From Octopus sinensis (lineage: Eukaryota): a DNA stretch of 64,000 nt. How positions within the stretch are numbered: position 1 is the first letter of the stretch; each line of letters begins with the position of its first letter. A program made the translations under genes and the position numbers. Location: NCBI RefSeq assembly GCF_006345805.1, contig NC_043023.1, positions 20,460,001-20,524,000 on the forward strand. The letters are read 5' to 3'. The notes under the pieces are model-generated. The model did not search any database and was not told the DNA's origin. It was given only the letters and a program-made list of their open reading frames with translations. This document shows positions 24,611 to 38,078 of the stretch, piece after piece.

Positions 24611-25654
24611 CCCTTTCGTTATCAAACCGCCCAAAGCCGCCCGAATTTATCTATTCATATTTAAATGAGAATATCAGAGCAAATCTCTTTAGTACATTCG
24701 TGAAAACACGTATTATACTTCGTAAACACTTCAACTACAGTTTTGTACAAAAATCGAAGTGTAATTTTAATTCCGTGAATTTTGGGAGATTTTTTTCCGA
24801 AATTTGTTCCTATTGTGTTTTCAAAATTTGTAATTCTGACAAAAAATGGATACGAATTTCATTATATCAAGCAGCGAGTCAGAATTCGAAGGATTTTCTA
24901 CTGAAGACCTTCATAAATCTAACTCTACGACTGAAAAAAAAAAAGCATGTGGTATTTGATAATGAATCTGATGTTTCATTTTCCGAAAGTGAAAACAGTG
25001 AATCCGAGTGCTCCGACAGCGATAAGAAAAATGAATTGGCACCTGAATGGAGTGAAAATTTAAAAACTGTTTCTTTCGGTGATTTTTCTGAAGAAACTGG
25101 ACCAAGCCACAGACTTTCCCAGAAGGGTAAAGCCTTAGACTATTTCTTTTTACTTTTTCGAATGAGCCTATTTGAAATCATTACGGCGGAAACGAACTGT
25201 TACGCTAAATGTAAACAAAGTGAAAGAAAGGATAGTGTGTGGTTTCCCACAACCTTAAATAAAATTAAGGCCTATTTTGCCATAAATATTATTATGGGTA
25301 TCAGAAAGTTACCCAGAATAACAAATTCTATCATAAAATTTTGTTGTATACCCAATTGAATATTAGCTAATAACCCATTTTCTATAGCGATGTTTGAACA
25401 AAATTTTAATAATTTTATATTTTGTTGAATTTACCTGTATCTACCTGCAATTAGAGTCACTTTGTGACAAAAATTATAGTATAGAATTGGTTGAGAATAT
25501 TTCATTAAATTATCTTCCAAAAATCAGATTAATATATTGATAAATAAAAAAGTTATAGTTGTTAAATGAAACCAGACTAAATTTATGATTATGTAAGAAA
25601 TTAATTGAAACACATAAGGGGTGTATTTTGGTCAGAAATATAGTAACGAAAGGG
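24611..25654 (+). mobile_element. Internally deleted piggyBac DNA transposon (1044 bp)
   Basis: TTAA on both sides (24607-24610, 25655-25658) and an 11-bp TIR CCCTTTCGTTA. ORF 24700..25359 has an acidic Ser-rich region and 'LF...I..ETN.YA...W..T....IKAY..I.I.MG..KLP', the piggyBac transposase N-terminus; no catalytic DDD core. Confidence 0.85.
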
Positions 25655-25784
25655 TTAATTAACGAAACGAATAAGAAACTAATGAAAACAAATCGCAGAA
25701 GTTTTAGGAAATAAAAAAAAACTCAATCAGAATCTAGAAAACTTGAATACAAAAGAGCATTACTTCTGCCACACCCTGTATATA

Positions 25785-25819
<35 letters not shown>

Positions 25820-25879
25820 CCATCCACCTATTAATCGTTATGACTACTTGTCCATTCATTCATCAACCTATCCATCTAG

Positions 25880-26915
25880 ATGTCTCTCTCTAGCCTATCA
25901 AATATCTTTTGATCTATCTACCTGTCTATCAATCAATCTATCGGTTTGTTTGTGTTTCAATCAGTCAATCTACCAATCCATCTGTGTATCAATCAATCTA
26001 TCTGTGCTGATCAATCTATCTATCTACTTGTCTGTCTGTCCGTCTGTGTTCCAATCAATCAATCTACCAACCTGTCTCTCCGTCTGTTTATCAATGAATC
26101 AATGTCTATCTATCCATCTGTATATCAATCAATCAATCTATCATTCTGTCTGTTTCAATCATTCTACCAATCTGTCTGTCTGTCCATCTGTATATCAATC
26201 AATCAATCTGTCTGTGTTTATCAATCTATCTATCTACTCATTTCTCTCTCCATTTGTGTATCAATCATTCAATCAAATCAATCAATCAATCAATCAACCA
26301 ATCTGTCTGTCCATCTGTGTATCAATCAATCAATCAATCTATCGGTTTGTCTGTGTTTATCATCAATCCATCTACCTGTCTGTCTGTCCATCTGTGTCTC
26401 AATCAATTTGTCTGTGTTTATCAATCAATCAATCTATCCATCTGCTCATCAGTCTCTCCGTTGGTGTATCAATCAATCTACCTACCAATCTGTCTGTCTG
26501 TCCATCTGTATATCAATCAATCAATCAATCGATTTGTCTATGTATCAATCAATCTACCTACCAATCTGTCTGTCTGTCCATCTGTATATTAATCAATCAA
26601 TCGATTTGTCTATGTATCAATCAATCTACCTACCAATCTGTCTGTCTGTCCATCTGTATATCAATCAATCAATCAATCTGTCTGTCTGTCCATCTGTATA
26701 TCAATCAATCAATCAATCGATTTGTCTATGTATCAATCAATCTACCTACCAATCTGTCTGTCTGTCCATCTGTATATCAATCAATCAATCAATCTGTCTG
26801 TCTGTCCATCTGTATATCAATCAATCAATCAATCGATTTGTCTATGTATCAATCAATCTACCTACCAATCTATCTGTCTGTCCATCTGTACATCAATCAA
26901 TCAATCAATCACTGT
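25880..26915. repeat. Compound tetranucleotide satellite (TCAA/TCTG/TCTA) with higher-order repeats
   Basis: Direct inspection. Confidence 0.9.
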
Positions 26916-27154
26916 CTGTGCCTATAAACCTACCCCTCAATCCACCGATCCATTTCTCTGTCTATCTCCCTATCCGTCCGGCCGTCCACCTTTCAGCCTG
27001 TCCCTACCCCCTCACCTAAATACCCCAGTTTCTGTCCCCTCACCCATCAATAACAATCAACCGCAAACTGATACCCCAACACTCACCTCATCCGTCCATA
27101 CTTTCCTCACACATTCTTGAAAACACCTTCCAATATTTTGTCACCCATCAAGTA

Positions 27155-27826
27155 TCAGTCTCTCTCTCTCTCTCTTCTTCTCTGTCTCTCTCCCTCCTTC
27201 TCTGTCTCTCCCTCTCTCCTTCTCTGTCTCTCCCTCTCTCTCCTTCTGTCTCTCTCCCTCCTTCTCTGTGTCTCCCTCTCTCTCCTCCTGTCTCTCTCCC
27301 TCCTTCTCTGTCTCTCCCTCTCTCTCCTTCTGTCTCTCTCCCTCCTTCTCTGTGTCTCCCTCTCTCTCCTTCTGTCTCTCTCCCTCCTTCTCTGTCTCTC
27401 CCTCTCTCTCCTTCTGTCTCCCTCTCTCCTTCTTTGTCTCTCCCTCTCTCCTTCTTTGTCTCTCCCTATCTCCTTCTCTGTCTCCCTCTCTCCTTCTTTG
27501 TCTCTCCCTCTCTCCTTCTCTGTCTCTCTCTCTCTCCTTTCTTTCTCTCTCTCCTTCTCTCTCTGTCTCTCTCCCTCTTTCATACCATAATAAACCACAA
27601 ATAACACCACACACAAACAAACACTTTTAGGAATCATCTTAACCAGCCTCTCCCTCCCTCCCTCCCTCTCTCCCTCCCTCTCTCTCCCTCCCTCCCTCCC
27701 TCCCTCTCTCTCCCTCCCTCCCTCCCTCCCTCTCTCTCTCTCTCCCTTTAATCTGAAGATTGTCGTAGAAATACCTTGCTTGGTTGTATTGGAATAATGG
27801 ACGGAATGTTTGATGTATGCAAGAGA

Positions 27827-27875
<49 letters not shown>
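27155..27875. repeat. CT-rich tract, (CCCT)n tract and (GA)n tract
   Basis: 27155-27580, 27648-27745 and 27822-27877. Confidence 0.9.
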
Positions 27876-27879
<4 letters not shown>

Positions 27880-28410
27880 AATATATTGGTTTCAAATTCT
27901 GGCACAAAGCCAGCAATTTTGGTGGGAGTCGAAATGAGTTGATTGCTTCAACCCCAGCGTATAACCGGTACTTATTTTATCGACCTCGAAAGGATGAAAG
28001 GCAAAGTCGACCTCGGCGGAATTTGAACTCAGAACCTAACAGCTGGAATACCACAAAGCATTTTGCCCAGCATCCGAACGATTCCGCCAGTTGGCCGCCT
28101 TTAGAGACAAGGGGTATATTGACAACAAAAAATTCCCAAAAAAACAAAGGGCCACATTTTTTCGTTTTGGGTGGAGGAGGGGAGACATGAGGAAGGGTAT
28201 CATCAACATTCAACTAGCATCAACCCCCAGTACGTAACTGGTTAAACAAGAAAATGATAAAATCAAAGAAAAATATTTACAAAAACAGATTAAAAACATC
28301 TCCCTAGACCTTCCCCCTCCTCCACCCACCTAATGAAAGCAACAACGTGTGGTCAAGAATATCGCGTTTTTGACGGGGTGACGCGGCATTGTGGTTTGGC
28401 GTGGTGGCCC

Positions 28411-28581
28411 TCACAAATGCCTCAAGTCGTTCTCGAGACTGTAAACCTTAGACTTGAGACGTTTCAGCTCATGCATAATCTTCTGGGACCGTCCTGTCGA
28501 CAGATGGACATTACGCAGGATTCTCATGTCCAGGTTATCCGGATCTTTCTCGTCGAGTTCTTCACTTAGGCCAAGCGTCAC
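28411..28581 (-). CDS. CCDC77: CCDC77 last coding exon h (VTLGLSEELD...IMHELKRLKSKVYSLENDLRHL*)
   Basis: CAG acceptor at 28582-28584, TGA stop at 28411-28413. C-terminal 'ELK.LKSKV..LEN.LR' matches the CCDC77 end. Confidence 0.92.
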   Translation of the reverse strand: MTLGLSEELDEKDPDNLDMRILRNVHLSTGRSQKIMHELKRLKSKVYSLENDLRHL

Positions 28582-29417
28582 CTGGTAAAATAAACAATAA
28601 CAATAATAAATAAATACATAATGATAATCATTTTTACTACAGACACTGATGTATGGTGAAACTACACCCCTGCTGGTAAAAAGTGGTAGTAGCCAGCCAT
28701 TACAAATAAACCAGCAGTTGGTCAACAGAAGTAGGTTGAGAGTACGTGTTGATAGTTGTGTCTGTACTGATATAGTAATCTAACTGTGGTACTGGGTGGA
28801 TGTTATAATGATCCAACCCTTTGAGGATAATAATGCTGTATGACTCGGGGTTGTACGGTGCAAGATAGAAACATTCTATCCATGACTTCGAAATATAACA
28901 ATATCTGTCAGAAAGACAACTGTTGTCAAAAGACATACAATAGTGGCAAAAGATATATATATATATATACAGATATATATATTGTTACGGAGGTAAAATT
29001 AACAGGAGAACATTGTGCCGTAGTTCTGTTGGTTGGAGTTGAACCGGCGCTCCAGTTGTTCAGGACGACAAAAATATCCTTTGTCCTGTCAACGGCAACA
29101 GTAAAATAATGAGGTTAGGAAGTGGCATTTGATCCCTACACGGTCAGGGAAAGGTTATAAAAAAATTAAAATGCCACCCTATAAATGCGAGAGGTGCAGT
29201 TGGCAACAGGGTAGTTGGCAACAGGGTAGTTGAGAACAGGGTAGTTGGGAGAGACGGTCAGTCGATGCGGACAGCCAGCCAGGAGATGAAGACGGCGAGA
29301 GACAGATAGAGGTAGTGAAGAAGACAGTGAAGGGACAAGTACGAGAGACGGTCAGTTAGCGAGATGAAAATTTGTAGTAGGCTCAGAAAGTGTTGCGGAC
29401 GGAATGTGTGCTGGTAA

Positions 29418-29822
29418 TACTCTTTTACTTGTTTCAGTCATTTGACTGCGGCCATGCTGGAGCACCGCCTTTAGTCGAGCAAATCGACCCCAGGACTTAT
29501 TCTTTGTAAGCCCAGTACTTATTCTATCAGTCTCTTTTGCCGAACCGCTAAGTGACGGGGACGTAAACACACCAGCATCGGTTGTCAAGCAATGCTAGGG
29601 GGACAAACACAGATAAACAAACACACACACGCATATACACGTATATATATACATATATACGACAGGCTTCTTTCAGTTTCCGTCTACCAAATCCACTCAC
29701 AAGGCATTGGTTGGCCCGGGGCTATAGCAGAAGACACTTGCCCAAGGTGCCACGCAGTGGGACTGAACCCGGAACCATGTGGTTGGTTAGCAAGCTAATT
29801 ACCACACAGCCACTCCTGCGCC
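29418..29822 (-). mobile_element. SINE family A copy (last CCDC77 intron)
   Basis: Full-length match. Confidence 0.85.
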
Positions 29823-31029
29823 TGTTTATTTACGTTTTGATTTGTATTTTGAACTTTGATGTTTTGATTGTAAAAATATGGGGAATCTGTGACATAATCT
29901 GTTGAAAAGAAAATTAAGAAAGAAAAAGAAAATTGTGTTGGAAGGAGAAGAAAAGAAAAGAGAAAGAGACTGTAAACTGTGAAAAGAAAAGAGAAAGACT
30001 ATTTCTTTCGATTGTTTTCCAAATTCTGTATTGTTTTGATTGTTGTCGAACGTTGGATGATGCTAAATGCCATTGATTGTTCCTTTTTTTAACTCCGTGC
30101 ACCATCTGTTAAATGTCTGTTAACCTTGTAGTTAAATGCTTTTGTTTTGAAATGTTTTGATTGATTTTGTGACGTATAAAAACTGTTAAATTGTACGCAA
30201 TGTTGCTCCCGTCCACTCAGCTGGCAAAAATGAGTAGTATCTGTATTTCAAAGGGCCAGGCCTGTCACAGTCTGTGACACACTGAATCTCCCTGAGAATT
30301 ACATTAAAGGTGCAGGCGTCTGTGGAGTGCTCAGCCACTTGCACGTTAATTTCACGAGCAGGCTGTTCCGTTGATCGGACCAACTGGAACCCTCGTTATC
30401 GTAACCGACGGAGTCCTCCTTTTTTTATATGTATATATTTTATATAGTTCACAGATGAGATCCAGAGATTCTCTGGATAGAAGCCATTTAGTAATACTGA
30501 AAAGGTTCAAACTTAGACTCCGATGTCTTTACAGGGGATCGATTCCACAAGGTAAGGAATGGCTGTAACAGGGATCAGGTGGGACAGGTACACAGACAGA
30601 CAATTATGCAGATGAAACAAATTAAGCATCAAATATATTAAATAGATCCTGGACAACAGAGGTTAAATGATGACGGCGATAGTGATGTAGTGAGGTTATC
30701 TTGTAACTCAGAGGGACTCTCTAGTCTTGTGAGTGACAAGGCAACCCACACAGTGTTGGTGCCATGGAAAGCAAACCCACCTTGGGCACACTGTAAAATG
30801 GATGGCATCAGGAAGGGCAGCCAACACACTGCACTAACATGGGGACAGGGGACGAAATGAATACCCGACTGCAACACAAGTAGTCAGAGTACAATTATTA
30901 CATGAGGGGTACTCAGACAACTCTGTTACGACAGAAGTACTCTAAACAAAGAGTACATACTGTTACACTGTATTAGAGGAGTATTCCATTACACATTTTC
31001 ACACTAGCTCTAAGTACTCTCTTTCTTAC

Positions 31030-31592
<563 letters not shown>

Positions 31593-31899
31593 TCATAGCA
31601 AAGACATCACTCAGGTCACAACTGTAAGACAAGTCATAGGAAACACGCTGCTTATTTCACAACTTTAAGACATGACAGACTTGAGACACCATTTAAACCA
31701 CAATTTTAAGACGTGTCATAGCAAAGACATCACTTGGGTCACAACTTTAAGACAAGTCATAGGAAAGAGCCAATACTCAGATCATAACTAAGACATGTCA
31801 AAATATAAATAATACACATTTGACAAGTTTAAGACATGTCACAGCAAAGATAATATTTAGAACAAAATGTTAAGACATCACGAGGACACTATTTCGCCC

Positions 31900-32730
31900 T
31901 TTACTCTCTTTTACTTGTTTCAGTCATCTGACTGTGGCCATGCTGGAGCACTGCCTTTAGTCGATCGAGCACATCGACCCCAGGACTTATTCTTTGTAAG
32001 CCTAGTATTTATTCTATCAGTCACTTTTACCAAACTGCTAAGTTACGGGGGACGTAAACACACCAGCATCGGTTGTCAAGTGATGGGGGGGGACAAACAC
32101 AGACACGAAAATACATACATTATATATATACACACATACATACACACGAGTGGAGGTGCAATGGCCCAGTGGTTAGGGCAGCGGACTCGCCATCGTAGGA
32201 TCGCGGTTTCAATTCCAAGACCAGGCGTTGTGTTTATTTAGCGAAAACACCTAAAAGATCCACGAGGCTCCAGCAGGGGGGGGGGGCGATGCCTGCTGTA
32301 CTCTTTCTCTACAACTTTCACTCACTCTTTCTTCTGTTGGCCTGCTCGCTTAGCCAGCGGGGTGGCATCATTTGAAGGCTAATACAATGCGAAGCGCATT
32401 GTGACCAGCGATGTGTAGCAACATCTGATAGCCTAGATGGTCACGGTGATCACGTGACACACACACAGAGGTACACATACACATGTACACACACATACAC
32501 ACAGGTACACATACACATATACATATATATACACATGTGTATATATACATATATATATATGTATATACGATGGGCTTCTTTCAGTTTCTGTCTACCAAAT
32601 CCACTCACAAGGCTTTGGTCGGCCTGAGGCCGTAGTAGAAGACACTTGCTGAAAGTGCCACACAGTGGGACTGAACCCAGAACCATGTGGTTGAGAAGCA
32701 AGCTTGTTTACCACACAGCCACGCCTGCCC
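31900..32730 (-). mobile_element. SINE family A copy split by a family E SINE inserted in its central microsatellite
   Basis: 3' half at 31900-32110, 5' half at 32570-32730, insert at 32150-32458. Confidence 0.75.
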
Positions 32731-32944
32731 CAATCTATGAGGTTTCTTAAACCTTTTGTGATCCAAGTGCTGCCTTTTGCTATGACGGATGATGCGGATG
32801 GACTCAATAGACTCAATGCCACAGACAAAAATATTCAGAATTAAAATTTATTTTTGGTTGAGAAGAGAAAAAAGAAAAGAGAAAAGGAAAGGGGAGATAA
32901 CTTCGGGATATTCAGAGTTTACCTTGTAAAGTTTAATTAGCCTT

Positions 32945-33470
32945 GTCTGTGTGTGTGTGGTTGGTGTGTGTGTGTGTGTGGTTGGTGTGTGTGTGCGCGT
33001 GTGGTTGGGGTGTGTGTGTGTGTGGTTGGTGTGTGTGTGCGCGTGTGGTTGGGGTGTGTGTGTGTGTGGTTGGTGTGTGTGTGCGCGTGTGGTTGGGGTG
33101 TGTGTGTGTGCGTGGTTGGTGTGTGTGTGTGTGCGTGCGTGGTTGGTGTGTGTGTGTGTGCGCGTGTGGTTGGGGTGTGTGTGCGTGGTTGGTGTGTGTG
33201 TGTGTGTGCGTGCGTGGTTGGTGTGTGTGTGTGTGCACGTGTGGTTGGGGTGTGTGTGCGTGTGGTTGGTATATGCGTGGTGTGTGTGTTTGTGTGTACG
33301 TGGTGTGTGTGTGTATGTGGTTGGTGTGTGTGTGTTTGTGTGTGCGTGGTTGGTGTGTATGCGTCGTTGGTGTATGTGTGTGCATGTGTGTGGTTCGTGT
33401 GTGACTACGTAGTTGGTGTGTGTGCGCGTGGTTGGTGTGTGTGTGTGTAATTGGTGTATGTGTGTGTGTT
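32945..33470. repeat. (GT)n satellite punctuated by GGTTGG
   Basis: Direct inspection. Confidence 0.9.
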
Positions 33471-33766
33471 ATTTTTAAGGTGATACCCAGGAACTCAACT
33501 ATGAGTCAACTGCAAAGACACATACACACACACACAAACACACATACATATATGCAATTCAATGAACAATTAAAAAAAACGAATGTACAAAAAATATATC
33601 AGCTTGATGATGATGCTTAGTGAAAGGAGAGAGTTTAACATTTTGAGCAATAGCTCTTTGTTGGAAAGGAGAAAAGGAAAAGTCCAAAGAAAGAAAAAAA
33701 AAATCACCAACAATCCATGTGTGGTTACATTTCTGAGCTATATACATATATACACACACACACACA

Positions 33767-33831
<65 letters not shown>

Positions 33832-33842
33832 ATGTATGTATG

Positions 33843-33901
<59 letters not shown>

Positions 33902-34557
33902 TCATCATCATCATCATCGTTTAGCGTCCGCTTTCCATGCTAGCATGGGTTGGACGGTTTGACTGGGGTCTGGGAAGCCAGAAGGCTGCATCAGGCCCCA
34001 GTCTGATCTGGCAGTGTTTCTACAGCTGGATGCCCTTCCTAATGCCAACCACTCCATAAGTATAGTGGGTGCTTTTTACGTGCCAGACGAGGCTGGCAAC
34101 GGCCACGATCGGTTGGTGCTTTTTACGTGCCACCAGCACGAGGCCAGTCAGGGCAGCGCTGGCAACGGCCACGTTCGGATGGTTCTCTTACGTGCCACCG
34201 GCACTGGTATCACAGCTACAATTTCCATTGATGTTGATCAATTTTGATTTTGATATATATATATATATATATATATAATATAAATAAAAAGGGTTTTGTA
34301 TGATTGTGTATAGAGGGATATATATTATTCATAGAAATTCCAACTCTGTTTTTTATAATTTATTTATATCCTTTATAATATTAATGTAGAAAAAAGAGTA
34401 TATAGTATAAATAGTATATGTAGTGTAAAATGAAATGAAGTATTGATTGTCTTATTGAATAGATGAAATATTGAATATCAAATATTAAGAGACTAGTATA
34501 CTTTCTTGTATTAAAGAGGGTCTTCAAGGTCCCAGGTTGTGACAGGAATGTGACCTG

Positions 34558-34609
<52 letters not shown>

Positions 34610-34832
34610 GTTTAAATATTTGTTTGTGCAAAATTTTTTATGTGAAGTCGTGTCTTGAAACAGATATTGTTATATTTCGGAATGGTCATTTTGCCAGTTT
34701 AGCCAATAAAAACACACGCACTATATATTTGGTGTTATTTTGCTTCAGTGTTATTTATTTTTTTACATTAATCTTAATCTTAATTCGGCCAAAGCCCTGT
34801 GAATGGATTTGCAAGTTGGAAACTGAAAGAAG

Positions 34833-34872
<40 letters not shown>

Positions 34873-35137
34873 GTGGGCTTCTTTCAGTTTCCATCTAGCA
34901 AATCCATTCACAAGGCTTTGGTCGGCCTGAGGCTATCGTAGAAGACACTTGCCCAAGGTGCCATGAAGCAGGACTGAACCTGGAACCGTGTGGTTGTGAA
35001 GCAAGCTTCTTACCACACAGCCATACACACATATCCACACACACTACGAAGGAAAAAAAAACCCCAAAAGAACATACTCTAATCAGTCGTGACAATCCAT
35101 TGATGCCATTCCCACATGATGACACATAAACACAAAC

Positions 35138-35263
35138 CTTGAAGGACTCCTTGGCAAAGTCCCCTTCTTCTCGGATCTTACACAGTTCTTCCTCACCTTC
35201 TATGGCCTGCGACCGATACATATCGGACATTGTCTTGACTTGCTGGAGTTCAAATCGCAGGTT
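35138..35263 (-). CDS. CCDC77: CCDC77 exon f (NLRFELQQVKTMSDMYRSQAIEGEEELCKIREEGDFAKESFK)
   Basis: CAG acceptor, GTTTGT donor, 126 nt, phase 0/0. Motif 'S.MY..Q.I..EEEL..IREE'. Confidence 0.9.
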
Positions 35264-35536
35264 CTGCAGAAATAACGTTTGAAACAGAAAATAAAAACAC
35301 CCAACAACACAAAAAGACCAGACACACACACACACTCTCTCTCTCTCTCTCTCCTTCACTCCCTCTGGAGATTTTAAGATCTCCAACTTTAGACATGCAA
35401 CACAGCCCTATTCTAACACATATACACATGCATATATATATACACACACACAAACACCAGTCATACACACATACACAGACCATACACCACACACACTATT
35501 GACACACACATCAGTCATGCAATAATGTGGGCCCAA

Positions 35537-35920
35537 GTGGAGGCGCAATGGCCCAGTGGTTAGGGCAGCGAACTCGCGGTCGTAGGATCGCGGTTTCGAT
35601 TACCAGACCGGGCGTTGTGAGTGTTTATTGAGCGAAAACACCTAAAACTCCACGAGGCTCCGGCAGGGGATGGTGGTGATCCCTGCTGTACTCTTTCACC
35701 ACAACTTTCTCTCACTCTTACTTCCTGTTCCTGTTGTACCTGTATTTCAAAGGGCCGGCCTTGTCACTCTCTGTGTCACGCTGAATATCCCCGAGAACTA
35801 CGTTAAGGCTACACGTGTCTGTGGAGTGCTCAGCCACTTACACGTTAATTTCACGAGCAGGCTGTTCCGTTGATTCGGATCAACTGGAACCCTCGTCGTT
35901 GTAACCGACGGAGTGCTTCC
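35537..35920 (+). mobile_element. SINE family B copy
   Basis: Full-length match. Confidence 0.85.
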
Positions 35921-36034
35921 ACACAATGTGGGCCCTAGATTGCAAATACCAGGGTTTCTGAGGAGTGTGGAACCAACTCTTAGCCCCTACGGGTCCAAGC
36001 TCTATTCTAACAACTTTAGCCAGTAACACTAACT

Positions 36035-36272
36035 ACTATACACTGCCTGAATAAAAGATGGGATGGTCACAGCTGGAACGTCTTTGATCATGGGTCTGTC
36101 TAGATCAGGACTGACCTGGGGCTAAACAAAAACAGCTACAGCCACTAATACTGACTCCTATACTATACATTAGATAATGTAGTCCTAGATACACAATGCC
36201 TGAATAAGAGTTGGAATGGTCACAGCTGGAACATCTTTGGTCATAAGTCTATCTGGATCAGGACTGACCTAA
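36035..36272. repeat. ~1.7 units of the same 144-bp repeat in reverse orientation
   Basis: CCTGAATAAAAGATGGGATGGTCACAGCTGGAACGTC is the reverse complement of the 52389 unit. Confidence 0.85.
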
Positions 36273-36282
36273 TGGATAAATA

Positions 36283-37079
36283 CGAGGTTGAGTCAAAAAG
36301 TAATGCCATTTTATTTAGGACAGGTATAATTACCAACACAGGAACATGTATCATAAATCAAGATGAAGCTGGTCCTCTGTGGATCTCATCCCTACTTCTC
36401 AACCTAATCATCGTTTCTCTCAATAGCAATGTTCCACCTTCGAATGAGAGCAAGTATCCCTGCTCCTGTAAAATTCTGTTGACTGTTCTTTGAACCATTT
36501 CTTCACTACAGTTTTCACTCCCTCGTCACTAGAATAATGTTTGCCTCTCAAACCCTCTTTCATGGGGCCGAAGAGATGATAGTCCAGTGATGAGGGAATG
36601 GAAACTGTAGTGGACGAGGAAGACATGGGAAAAAATGGTGGAGGCAGATCTCAGCACCGTGAGCTGCTCAGAAGAAATGATAAAGAATCGGGATGTCTGG
36701 GAGATTTGAGGTTCTTGAGAAGACCTGTCCATTGCAGTGAAACCCGATTTCCAAAGCACCGTTTGTGTGTGTGTGTGGACTATCATCTCTTCGGCCCCAT
36801 GAAAGAGGGTTTGAGAGGCAAACTTTATTCCAGTGATGAGGAAGTGAAAACTGTAGTGAAGAAGTGGCTCAAAGAACAGTCAACAGAATTTTACAGGGGC
36901 AGGGATACATGCTCTCATTCAAAGGTGGAACATTGCTATTGAGAGAAACGATGATTAGGTTGAGAAGTAGGGATGTGATCCACAGAGGACCAGCTTCATT
37001 TTGATGTATGATACATGTTCCTGTGTTGGTAATTATACCTGTCCTAAACGAAATGGCATTACTTTTTGACTCACCCTCG
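36283..37079. mobile_element. Mariner-derived fold-back element: two 303-bp inverted 3' ends around a ~190-bp spacer
   Basis: TA flanks at 36281-82 and 37080-81. Each arm encodes 'DYHLFGPMKEGLRGK.YSSDE.VKTVVKKWLKEQSTEFY', the mariner transposase C-terminus, plus the terminal repeat CGAGG(T/G)TGAGTCAAAAAGTAATGCCATTT. Confidence 0.88.
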
Positions 37080-37401
37080 TAGCTACTGCTACTACTGGTA
37101 AAGATCCCCTTTGGTTTTGAATGACCAGGGGGTTGCACCTAGAAAGCTCCCCTCTGAGGAACAAGTCTGAGAAAAGTAATTCCAAATTCTATGTTAAAAC
37201 TGAACCAAATCCACAAAATTTATGCTTAACTTATGCGTATTAAATATTTAAAAATATATTGGGGGTTAGGGAGCAGACCCTTTAGGGGGTTAGGGAGCGG
37301 ACACTTTAATTCATGATCTATTTCCAATTGGCCAATTCATTTAAACTCATCCATTAGGCCTGTTTTAAACAATATGGGGTCAGATTATTAGTTAAATAGG
37401 A

Positions 37402-37995
37402 TCATCATCATCATCGTTTAACGTCCGTTTTCCATGCTAGCATGGGTTGGACGGTTCAACCGGGGTCTGGGAAGCCAGGAGGCTGCACCAGGCTCCAGTC
37501 TGATCTGGCAGAGTTTCTACAGCTGGATGCCCTTCCTAACGCCAACCACTCCGTGAGTGTAGTGGGTGTTTTTTACGTGCCGCCAGCATAGGTGCCAGGC
37601 GAGGCTGGCAAACAGCCACGCTCGGATGGTGCTTTTTATGTGCCACCGACACAGAAGCCAGTCAAGGTGTCGCTGGCATCAGCCACGTTTGGATGGTGCT
37701 TTTTATGTGCCACCGGCACGGGGGCCAGGCGAGGCTGGCAAACGGCCATGATCAGATGGTGCTTTTTACATGCCACCAGCACAGAGGCCAGTCGGGGCAG
37801 CGCTGGCAAACGGCCACGTTCGGATGGTTCTCTTACATGCCACCGACACAGAAGTCAGTCAAGGCGGCACTGGCATCAGCCACATTCGGATGGTGCTTTT
37901 TACATGCCACCAGCACGGAGGCCAGTCGGGGCAGCGCTGGCAATGCCCACGTTCGGATGGTTCCCTTACGTGCCACCGGCACTGGTACCACAGCT
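37402..37995 (-). mobile_element. SINE-like family D ((GAT)n tail) with ~6 internal ~65-bp subrepeats
   Basis: Family motif GGTTGGCGTTAGGAAGGGCATCCAGC...GGACGTTAAACGATGATG. Other copies at ~8940-9215, 16066-16397, 19225-19603, 33898-34250, 43062-43282, 47826-48105, 49650-50015, 56468-56690, 58485-58900 and 62352-62495. Confidence 0.75.
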
Positions 37996-38078
37996 ACAAG
38001 ATCATATTAGTTTATCTAAACTAAATAAATTGTTAAATAAAAGTCCATTCATTTATATGAATGGCCATATATACCAGC

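Noticed and set aside
25743-27916. 300-400-aa 'SINQS', Leu/Ser-rich and Arg/Glu-rich ORFs (also 51571-52413 apart from exon c)
   Set aside because: Tetranucleotide and GA/CT satellites open in several frames at once; not proteins.
27900-28410. CCDC77 poly(A) site
   Set aside because: No clear AATAAA on the minus strand close to the stop; the 3' end cannot be placed from sequence alone.
29200-29250. Four GGG runs in a 15-bp repeat (possible G-quadruplex)
   Set aside because: Loops of 12, 12 and 5 nt make it weak; no further support.
28983-29894. Possible solo LTR (TGTTAC...GTGACA with TATAAA and a GA-rich R-like region)
   Set aside because: No matching TSD (ATAT versus TAAT) and no second LTR or internal domain; left uncalled.
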